Below are positions 16,001 to 25,489 of a stretch of 39,597 nt of DNA, piece after piece. The position numbers and the translations under genes were made by a program. The notes beneath the pieces were generated by a model. It did no database searches. It saw only the letters and a program-made list of their open reading frames with translations, and was not told where the DNA came from. Source of the stretch: Eledone cirrhosa (lineage: Eukaryota); NCBI GenBank assembly GCA_964016885.1, contig CAXHJY010000030.1, positions 1 through 39,597 of the forward strand, given 5' to 3'. Each line of letters starts with the position of its first letter. The stretch's first letter is position 1.

Positions 16001-16301
16001 AGGAGGTCTTCTATGAAGAAATGGCGGTTCTGTTGTGTGTCGCAGAGTTCATATTCAGCCTTTAATGACTCTTATCTACATTTTCCGATGCTGAATATTT
16101 ACATAGAGACCGGCAATATTTTGCCTTATCCGCGAAGGTGGCATAATACCAGGAAAATAATGGATTTCTGGCGGGCGAAGTAGTATGCTGACGTGGAGTC
16201 GCGAAAGAACGGGAACGACTCCTTGGCGGCCGGGAATACGGTCTATTCTCCCTGCATAACCGAGCGACTTTCTGTGTCAAAGCGTCAATAGCTTTTAACA
16301 T
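13042..16301 (-). pseudogene. Gypsy gag C-terminus and pol (protease, RT, RNase H, integrase), frameshifted
   Basis: Gag end WYYATFADKAKYCRSLC; protease FLVDTGASC near 15960-15990; [11 protein letters not shown]...MPFGLRNA...YIDD. RNase [16 protein letters not shown]...[12 protein letters not shown]. Integrase H...HPG...CIACQ and HVDIVGP...ITTDRGKQF...NGMVERFHR, then PYSGPY. Confidence 0.95.
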
Positions 16302-16879
16302 GGCATCCTTGCGTGTCGAGACGTGCTTGTTCGAATGTGAAGAAGAAGCAGGTAAATTAGGACCATTACACTTGGATGTATAAAAGTAAGTGGTATTCGC
16401 ATTAAAAAGAATACAGAAATGTCTTTAGATGTTCAGAACAACGGGAAAATAGCACAGATTTCCCTCAACATCCATAAAGGCAGAAGAACGGAAAAGAAAA
16501 TGTTCTCCCTAACAGGGAAAATAATCCGGCGAATTTGTGAAAAACAATCCGAAGTCGACAAGTCACAATAATTCAAGGCAGAAAAATTAAATGTTTTTTG
16601 TTTTTTTTAATTGGAGAAGGAGATGGCATCACATGATGCGTCTCAGCCAATCAGATGGCTACATTTCGGAGAAGAAAGAGAATTGGCGGGAAAGTTGGCG
16701 GACCAGTCAAGCATTGTGAATTTTTTTTTTTTTTTTTGTTAAACGAACAATTTTCAATTTCGTTATTTTCGCATAGTTGCAAGAAATAAAATATTAGTTT
16801 CGTCAATTTTTTTTCTGTTTCTCTAGAAGATTTTTTTTGAAGTTTTTCGAAGTTTTTTTCGAAGGCTGTGTAATGCATA

Positions 16880-16893
16880 ATCGGTGTCAACCA
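16880..16893 (-). other. Primer binding site, degenerate, tRNA-Trp-like
   Basis: Minus strand TGGTTGACACCGA one base after the 5' LTR. It resembles TGGTGACCCCGA, the complement of the 3' end of animal tRNA-Trp. Confidence 0.6.
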
Positions 16894-16894
16894 C

Positions 16895-17094
16895 TTTAGA
16901 CGACGAGTATTTTTGTATTTATGACGTGCAAAAATACACAGACGAATACGAATGGCTTGTGCGTGTTTGTACAATCAACTCCAAGAAAAATGCGTGTTGT
17001 CGCTCTGCATTCCTTTGCCGGAGGGTCTGTGTTATTTTTATGACGTCCGTTTGTGACGTCAGAGCTATCACACCACAGGTGTCGCTTCGCTACA
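16895..17094 (-). repeat. Gypsy 5' LTR
   Basis: Direct repeat of 12575-12774, followed on the minus strand by the PBS. Confidence 0.92.
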
Positions 17095-17418
17095 CACCTA
17101 ATGTATTTTCCGCATAAAGACCCACGTGTGTATCTCATACTTCTCTTGTGTACTATCTCATATGCATACACGTTCCTTCTTTTTTTATATATATTCTACA
17201 CGCACTTTCTATGTACGGTCTGCGCATACTATGTACTGGAATACCATGGACGCCCATTATGTGGCTTAGCATGGAGATTCCATACGTGGATTGATCCATG
17301 TTCGCAACGTAACAACATCTCTGAAGACACATACAACTGGGCGCACCCTTTCATGTATAGCACAGTGTGTATCTCTATGTGCCGTTATATGTATATTTTT
17401 AATATATTTTATATTTTA

Positions 17419-17511
<93 letters not shown>

Positions 17512-17645
17512 CGTATATGTATGTATATATATATATGTGTGTGTATGTATGTATTTTTTTATATGTGTACATATTTATAACAACATGCATCCTTTCATGT
17601 AAGCCCATTGTGTATCTTTATATGACTCTGTGTGTATATTCTGTT

Positions 17646-17686
<41 letters not shown>

Positions 17687-18355
17687 TATGAGTGTATGGG
17701 TGTGTATGGGAATATGCGCATATTTTGTAAGAGTATATATGGGCCAGTGTGTGTGTGTATACAAGTACCTCTGTAGGAAGGTGCTTGTTTGCGTGTATAT
17801 ATATATATGCGTGTTTGAGAGCAAGTGTGTATCTGTGCGTGTATATATGGGTACGTGTGTGTATGTATGTGTGCTTGGGTGGAGGGGGGTCTATGTATGA
17901 TAATAATGAAATTATTGTGTACAGTGCTCAGGTGCACTACAAGTATATGTCTGTACGTGTTTGTGTGTACGTGTATATATACGCGTATGCATTTGTATGA
18001 ACATGTGTGCGTGCGGGTTGACGTATATAGGCCTGTGGGCATGAATCTGTGTATGTCCGTGCCTCTCTGGATGAATGTATGCGTATGTTTATATGTTTAT
18101 ATTTTCTCATTAATGATTGGGTATAGCGGGAGTCTATGCGTACGACTGTCGTTATCTATATGATTGCGTGTGTGTGTGTGTGTGTGTGTGCGTGTGTGGG
18201 TGGGTGTGTGAGTGCGCGCGTTAATGTGTGAAAGTATGATGACGTAGACAACCAGCGGCCAATCACTGGACGCGTGAATAGGATGAAGTTTAGGACGGTA
18301 CTGGCTCAGAGGGTCAGATGCCCCAGTGAGAGAATATGCTCCGAAATCATTAGAC

Positions 18356-18443
18356 GTGTCCGTCGAACCTGCGTTTCCAGAATGAGATAGATTCACACAA
18401 TGATCGCGTCTCGAGCTGTCCGCCGGCGAAACAATTGTAACAC
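18356..18443 (+). ncRNA. Hammerhead-like motif with variant core at the 3' end of the family-3 pseudo-LTR
   Basis: GTGT-CCGTCGA-acctgcg...cgccggc-GAAA-CAATTG-TA-ACAC. Stem I is GTGT/ACAC, stem III is the palindrome ACAATTGT and the triplet is GUA. The core differs from CUGANGA at two positions. Confidence 0.35.
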
Positions 18444-18488
18444 ACAATTAATTGAGTTCAGATGCATCACTGATTTTTCGTTTTATAT

Positions 18489-18530
18489 CATATATATATA
18501 TATATATATATCATATATATATATATATAT

Positions 18531-18604
<74 letters not shown>
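18489..18604. repeat. (TA)n tract shared as insertion site by the PLE and the Helitron
   Basis: Read directly. Confidence 0.9.
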
Positions 18605-18605
<1 letters not shown>

Positions 18606-18632
18606 TAGCAGTTTAGCCCGGCGTTGCTCGGG
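18605..18632 (-). terminator. Helitron 3' terminal GC-rich hairpin plus CTAG end (rolling-circle termination signal)
   Basis: Hairpin at 18617-18632, 8 nt from CTAG at 18605-18608. This is the canonical Helitron CTRR terminus. Confidence 0.85.
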
Positions 18633-18932
18633 TTTGTTCATTTGCTATGAAAAGTTACATACAGGCAAACATGGCTTGAAAGCGAATAAGCTTATCAATT
18701 AAGTGCATCAAGCAGTTGAACCGGTTATTAAAAGTTACGAACCAATTAGCTAGCATTTTGGACAATCAATGATGAGTTAATAATCTTCCAATAGCGATTT
18801 TAGTAGACCAAAGTTGCAAGACGGTGGCCCTGATGCCGCTGGGTAGTAGATCTGTCCGCCATGGGTGACCCTACCAGTGAAATAGTTTTCCAGACGGCAT
18901 AGCTCCAACGCCTCCAACACCTGCAGCAACAT

Positions 18933-20215
18933 CTATAGCACCTGTTTGTAGACGATATTGCTTGTCATCCCTTGAGGGGTGTAAGCAAAATGTCTATTTC
19001 TGCTCCTTACGCGGGAACAGGCAACATAAAGTTGGCCATGGGAGAAGCATGGCTCCCCCAAATGGATGCCTGCCACCGACAATGTTTGCCCTTGTGACTT
19101 GTTAATGGACATGGCAAAACATGGTCTCACCTGTAGTTGGGATCGCCGGAAATCGAACGGGATATCTGACGACGAGGGGAAAAGATTCAGCCTTGGAATG
19201 AAAACATTCTCCCCTCTCCAGCACCCCGTTACAATGGTGGCCTCAATCAAGTAGGGCGTCAGTGAGTTGACGACCATGCGAGTACCGTTGCACTGCTTTG
19301 GTGGATGCAAGTTCCTTATTAGCATAATGGGACAGCTAACCCTAAGCTTCAGAATGTGAGGTGGAAGCCCTGGAGGCGCAAGGGAATTTAATAACTCAAC
19401 CGGACAATTAACGATATCGTCGGGGTCTGACGTCGGTCGATAGATTTGAAGATGTGCTCTTTACCGGGAATCTTCTCAATCAGCTGCTCGTTAATAAAAT
19501 TAACCATGGTATTTTTCGGAGCAAGGATGGCTCTTTCGCTGTGCCAATGGAGGTTTTTAAAGTTAGATGAGACATTAGGAAAAACTGCTTCCCAAAGTTC
19601 AGAAGGGCTGCTCACAACGTTGCACAGGGATTCGATTGCCATGCCGGCCATGTCATCCGCAGGGACCTTGCTCTCACCAAGTGCTGCAGACATGTTGTCA
19701 TCATGCAAATGAGCACGCATATTTGTGTTCAGGTACAAACTCTTCACCTGGAGCCACAACATGGACGGCTTAATGCAGGCCCGCACTCTATCAGCTCTTA
19801 TCCCTTTGGGGATGACAGGCAGTGTTTGCCGAAAATCCTCTGATAGGAGAAGGGTTACGCCACCCATAGGAGCCGTAGGATCCCTAATGTCTTTCAGGGT
19901 TCAGTCCAATGCCTCAAGAGCACACTTGTGTGCCAATGTGCACTCATCCAAAACAATGAGGCAACATTTTTTGAGAACCAGAGCTTCGTGTGAACCTTGC
20001 TGATATTGCATGTTGGTGTCTCAGTTTTTACTAAATCCAAGGGGAGTTTAAAGGTTGAATGTTCTGTTCTACCTCCCGGCAGCAAAGTAGCAGCGATCCC
20101 GGACGATGCAACGGTCAACGCAATCCTTTTCTCCTGACGAATCTTAGCGAGATCAATTTTGTTACAAAAGTGTTTCCAGTACCGCCAGGAGCATCTAGAA
20201 AGTAAATACCCCCAG
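18933..20215 (-). pseudogene. Helitron Pif1-family (SF1B) helicase, frameshifted
   Basis: FLDAPGGTGNTF (Walker A with K replaced by N, ~20165-20205), ASSGIAATLLPGGRTEHSTFKLP and DFRQTLPVI. Also ERAILAPKN, CNGTR, FAMSINKSQGQT and FSHGQLYVACSRV. Confidence 0.92.
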
Positions 20216-20225
20216 TCTGATTTGT

Positions 20226-21410
20226 AGATAATGTCGCTATAGATAATGTCGCTGTAACCAACTTCTACTGAAGGAAACTGCAGATGAGCCAGGCGCAGGA
20301 AGTCCTCAGACATGAAGTCACTGTACTTGACCCATAAAGATTTGGGATCACCCAATTCACACTTTTGAAGCAAAATGGCAAAGAGTTAGTTCCCGTAGAC
20401 CTTTCGGTGATTTCAACAAAGCACCCTCTGCTAAAGTGGAATCCCATTGCGAATCATCTTCCAAAAGACCACGCTTAAAGCAGGCTTCCCGGTAAGTATC
20501 ACATATTTCTCCATCAACAGTTTTGAGGTCCTGAAAACTCTGTGGGCCTACAACTTTGAAGAAACCCGTCAGAGTGGTCTCTTTCGGATCGGCGGCCAAC
20601 TTGGCGGCGGGTTGGTCCGTAAAGTAAAACCTTTGCCCATTTTCCAAATGTACAGCAAGCTGTACGATGGCGGGGTGCCGTTGGTGTAGGGGTAAACCAA
20701 ATAGGCGCCAAAAAGCTTCATAGCTACTGATGTACCGCCCCGCCAGGTATTCTGTAACCTCGTCCCTGCTATTTTCAGCTTGAAATGCGAACATTGCGGC
20801 ATCAGAGCCATTATTTACATATTTGCATATGTATTTTATCGACTTGACGGAGTTGCAAAACTCAACGTTGATGTTGGCGTTGAACTTCTTCAAGAGAAGC
20901 GGATAGTAAGGGACCAGCCATCTATTGTCGACTTGACCACCCTTTACTGTTGTGGTGAAGCGACCGTTCTCGGGCCGTCTCCGCTTGTACAGGGGGTACC
21001 CGTCGCCACCAGTCTGAGTCGGGTCAACAAATTTTTGGGGTTATCTCTTACCGCACGACCGCCCTTTCAGACACATGTGATGCTCATTAGGATCCGACGC
21101 ACACGGACCATGTTAGCTTTGACGATGTCATGTAATTCCTGGTCAGTTGCTGGGTTAGGGATTTCAGCCGAAATGAAGCTGTCTATGGCATTTGAATTGA
21201 TTTTATCAGTTAACCAAATCAAAATGTGAGCATGTGGCAGCCCTCGTTTTTTCCATTCGACGGTGAATATGTCACATATTACATCTCCCAATACCTGACC
21301 CTTTTTGATTAAAGCGAGTTTAGCCAGTTTAGCCAGTTTCAGTCTGAACACTCTGGCAATGAGGTCATGTCTGTTCGAATAATTTGGTCCAGGAAAAAGT
21401 TCACGGGTTG
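20226..21410 (-). pseudogene. Helitron Rep (HUH endonuclease) core and linker of Helitron A
   Basis: RHDLIARVF, EWKKRGLPHAHILIW (HUH motif), GYPLY, INVEFCNSVKSIKYICKYVNNGSD (YxxKY motif), RYISSYEAFWR and GPQSFQDLKTVDG. Several deletions and frameshifts. Confidence 0.92.
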
Positions 21411-21803
21411 CATTCCGATTCATATGTCTATAGCATTAATCTGTTATATGAAGTGTTATTTTGCGGGTTGTTATTTGCAATAAGCCGATTGAAAACGCCC
21501 CAGATAAGCCGTATGTCAATACAGAACGCTCAATACGGAACGCTCCACTGCAGTATTGTCATATAGGGAGTGAAGAGCGACAGAGAGAGAAAAACAGTTA
21601 AATTATAGAGAGAGGGAATATACGGTACTCTCCATTTGATCATACCCACTGTTTCTCTCTCTGCAGTGTTGTCATATAGGGAGTGATTTTTGCCCTTATT
21701 GTTGATGGATTTGAAACCTTTTTACCTCATGAACTTTTCTTGACCAAAAGCAATACTTGTCCCGACTTTGAATAAAATCCGTTGGAAATTGTGGACGTGC
21801 ACA

Positions 21804-23110
21804 CTTTCTTAACAGTTTCCGCTTCAGGTCAAATACTCTGGCAATTAAATCTGGCCTGTCATGTGGCTTCTGATTCAGGAATAGGTTTTGCCGGATTTCG
21901 GGCCAGTTTGGATTGCATGTCATTGTGATGAAGAACGAAGGATTGTCGTACTTCCGTATGTACATCATGGCATGCTGGCATCGCTCCATCATATATCTCG
22001 GTCCACCGACAAATGTGGAAGAGAGTATGATTCGCCTGCCAATATTGCGAAAATCGTCATCATCATTCATTGCGTCCGTAAGGCCCTTGTATGTTGTAGA
22101 TCGCAATGATGTTTGATTCATTTGGATGTATTGCAGTCTATCTCCTTCAATCTTCGCAGCCATGTCAACCATATATTGCTGAAACAAACGACCGCCTCTG
22201 AGAATTTCGTTGAATTCATTCTCATGTTTCATTATTCGATAGTAGCGCATTGGCGTCAACTTCTTGTTGCTCATTAACAGCTCATGATGCCATCCGTCAT
22301 CGCCAAAAGGAAAAAAAAGAACATACTGGAAACTGTCATAGAACCGATGGGACTGAGATTATTTGCCTTTTTCTTTCAACACAATGTGCCGTGCTTTTGC
22401 TTGAAGTTCGGTGCTATTTTGTATAATAACGGCAACTTCGTTTGCAGTTTGCGCATTGACTCTTCTCACATGGTCCATTGCTGGTTTCCTATCAGGATCA
22501 ATAATAATCGAAGCTTTGGGAATATTTTTAAGTTGTTCTTTTGCCATTCGAAATGAAGCAACGTAAGGGTTATATTGTCTGAGTATTATTTCCAATAATT
22601 CAACTATGTCGCGCTGAATGCAATCCTTATGGAGTATCCTGATCCTCAAATCAACACTATCCTGAGGATCCAAGAAGTAAATTTGAAGAAATTGGGGTTG
22701 GTCGTCGGAATTATGGGTTAAGGAACCGATGTAATGGTGAATTTGACCATGAATAACGATAGAAGGATTCATTCCATCCACTCCTTGAGGAAAGAACTCT
22801 TTCGGCTCCAAAATATGTCATTTGGCAGTTGTATTGTCTAAGGTTCTTCTTGAACTCGTTTGCCTTAGGTTAATCAGTACCAAATAAACTGTGATGTTCC
22901 TGGGGTAAAGGCTGCAGATTCCCCAACCTGACTTTTTATTCATACAGCAAAGGTTAGCAGTTTCACCATTAAAAAGCATTGCATGACAAGACACAAATCT
23001 TATACATCTGTCCAACATCAGCAGAGAGGTCACGTCATTGAACTGTCTTTGGTCTATCCCTAATGGTTTGTTGGCAAATACGTTCAGTTCTCCGACCATC
23101 CGATTCATGA
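21804..23110 (-). pseudogene. Helitron RepHel N-terminal region (Cys motif, helitron-like N domain, Rep motif 1)
   Basis: VGQMYKIC/SCHAMLFNGETANLCCMNKK, IHGQIHHYIGSL...PQFLQIYF and YNPYVASF. Also GRLFQQYMVD, GRRIILSSTFVGGPRYM and FITMTCNPNWPEI...DRPDLIARVF. Confidence 0.9.
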
Positions 23111-23520
23111 TCTCGCCTGCTTCTAACACTTTGCCGCTGTTCCGCCAGACGTTCAGATTATCCGACAATCCGATTCAGGATGTCTCCTGCTTCTGTCTCT
23201 TCCCCTCTGTTCCGCCAGATGCTCAGCTCTCCAACCATCCGATTCCTGATCTCGCCTGATTCTGGCTCTTTCCCTATATTCCGCCAGAGGCTCAGCTCTC
23301 CGACCATCCGATTCATGAGCTCTCCTGCTTCTGTCTCTTTACCTCCGTCCCGCCAGATGTTCAGTTCTCAGATTAACCGATTCATGATCTGTCCTGCTTC
23401 TGTCATTTTCCCTCTCTTCCGCCAGACGTTCAGTTTTCCGACCATCCGATTCATGATCTCTCCTTCTTCTGTCTCTTTCCCTCTGTTCCACCAGAGGTTC
23501 AGTTCTCCGAACATCCGAAT

Positions 23521-24625
23521 CATGATCTGTCCTGCTTCTGTCTCTTTCCCTCTGTTCCGCATGACGTTCAGTACTCCGAAGATCCGATTCAATTCATGAT
23601 CTCTCCTGCTTCTGTTCTTTCCCTCTGTTCCGCATGACGTTCAGTACTCCGACCATCCGATTCAATTCATGATCTCTCCTGCTTCTGTCTCTTTCCCTCT
23701 GTTCCGCATGACGTTCAGTACTCCGACCATCCGATTCAATTCATGATCTCTCCTGCTTCTGTTCTTTCCCTCTGTTCCGCATGACGTTCAGTACTCCGAA
23801 GATCCGATTCAATTCATGATCTCTCCTGCTTCTGTTCTTTCCCTCTGTTCCGCATGACGTTCAGTACTCCGACCATCCGATTCAATTCATGATCTCTGCT
23901 GCTTCTGTCTCTTTCCCTCTGTTCCGCATGACGTTCAGTACTCCGACCATCCGATTCAATTCATGATCTCTCCTGCTTCTGTTCTTTCCCTCTGTTCCGC
24001 ATGACGTTCAGTACTCCGACCATCCGATTCAATTCATGATCTCTCCTGCTTCTGTTCTTTCCCTCTGTTCCGCATGACGTTCAGTACTCCGACCATCCGA
24101 TTCAATTCATGATCTCTCCTGCTTCTGTCTCTTTCCCTCTGTTCCGCATGACGTTCAGTACTCCGACCATCCGATTCAATTCATGATCTCTCCTGCTTGT
24201 GTTCTTTCCCTCTGTTCCGCATGACGTTCAGTACTCCGACCATCCGATTCAATTCATGATCTCTCCTGCTTCTGTTCTTTCCCTCTGTTCCGCATGACGT
24301 TCAGTACTCCGACCATCCGATTCAATTCATGATCTCTCCTGCTTCTGTCTCTTTCCCTCTGTTCCGCATGACGTTCAGTACTCCGACCATCCGATTCAAT
24401 TCATGATCTCTCCTGCTTCTGTCTCCTTCCCTCTGGTCCGCATGACGTTCAGTTCTCCGACCATCCGATTCAAATCATGATCTCTCCTGCATCTGTCTCT
24501 TTCCCTCTGGTCCGCATGACGTTCAGTTCTCCGACCATCCGATTCAAATCATGATCTCTCCTGCTTCTGTCTCTTTCCCTCAGTTCCGCATGACGTTCAG
24601 TACTCCGACCATCCGATTCAAATCA
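23521..24625. repeat. Homogeneous 73/74-bp variant sub-array (~15 units)
   Basis: All units share CGCATGACGTTCAG and a 5-nt insertion (GATTCAATTCATG or GATTCAAATCATG). Some also lack one base (CTGTTCTTT). Confidence 0.9.
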
Positions 24626-25489
24626 TGATCTCTCCTGCTTCTGTCTCTTTCACTTTGTTGCGCCAGACGTTCAGTACTCCGACCATCCGATTCATGATCT
24701 CTCCTTCTTCTGTCTCTTTCCCTCTGTTCCGCCAGACGCTCAGCTCTCCGACAACCCGATTCATGATCTCTCCTGCTTCTGTCTATTTCCCTCTGTTCCA
24801 CCAGAGGTTCAGTTCCCCGACCATCCGATTCATGATCTCTCCTTCTTCTGTCTCTTTACCTCAGTTCCGCCAGACGTTTAGATCTCCGACCATCCGATTC
24901 ATGATCTCTCCTTCTTCTGTCTCTTTCCCTCTGTTCCACCAGACGCTCAGCTCTCCGACAATCCGATTCATGATCTCTCCTGCTTCTGTCTATTTCCCTC
25001 TGTTCCACCAGAGGTTCAGTTCTCCGACCATCCGATTCATGATCTCTCCTTCTTCTGTCTCTTTACCTCTGTTCCGCCAGACGTTCAGATCTCCGACCAT
25101 CCAATTCATGATCTCTCCTGCTTCTTTCTCTTTCCCTTTGTTCCACCAGAGGTTCAGTTCTCCGACCATCCGATTAAGGATCTCTCTTTCTTCTGTCTCT
25201 TTACCTCTGTTCCGCCAGACGTTCAGATCTCCGACCATCCGATTCATGATCTCTCCTTCTTCTGTCTCTTTCCATCTGTTCCGCCAGACGTTCAGAATCT
25301 CCGACCATCCGATTCAGGATCAGTCCTGCATCTCTATCTTCCCCTCTGTTCCGCCAGATGCTCAGCTCTCCGACCATCCGATTTATGATCTCTCCTGCTT
25401 CTGTCTATTTCCCTCTTTACCACCAGACGTTCAGTACTCCGACCATCCGATTCATGATGTCTCCTTCATCTGTCTCTTTCCCTCTGTTC

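Larger units (their letters stand above)
12575..17094 (-). mobile_element. Ty3/Gypsy LTR retrotransposon, full boundaries, internally decayed (gag largely deleted)
   Basis: Two 200-bp LTRs and target duplication CACC at 12571-12574 and 17095-17098. PBS and PPT are present. Domain order is PR-RT-RH-IN. Confidence 0.95.
18605..21803 (-). mobile_element. Helitron A: intact 3' end, helicase, Rep core and a non-coding upstream segment; internally deleted
   Basis: The minus strand ends ...CCCGAGCAACGCCGGG-ctaaactg-CTAG and is followed by T of (TA)n. RepHel motifs are listed below. Confidence 0.9.

Noticed and set aside
16320-16880. Captured gene or env-like ORF inside the Gypsy
   Set aside because: No credible ORF. 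The position after the PBS fits a 5' leader joined by deletion to the gag C-terminus.
8762-18488. Large DNA transposon or Polinton with long terminal inverted repeats carrying Gypsy as cargo
   Set aside because: The inverted arms continue inward to 11697/12025 and include GIY-YIG coding sequence. No DDE transposase or DNA polymerase is present, so an inverted PLE explains the structure.
18933-21410. Functional host PIF1 gene or active Helitron
   Set aside because: The Walker A lysine is lost, there are many frameshifts and deletions, and small tandem duplications occur (~20226-20253, ~21318-21340). It is linked to a HUH Rep and a Helitron terminus.
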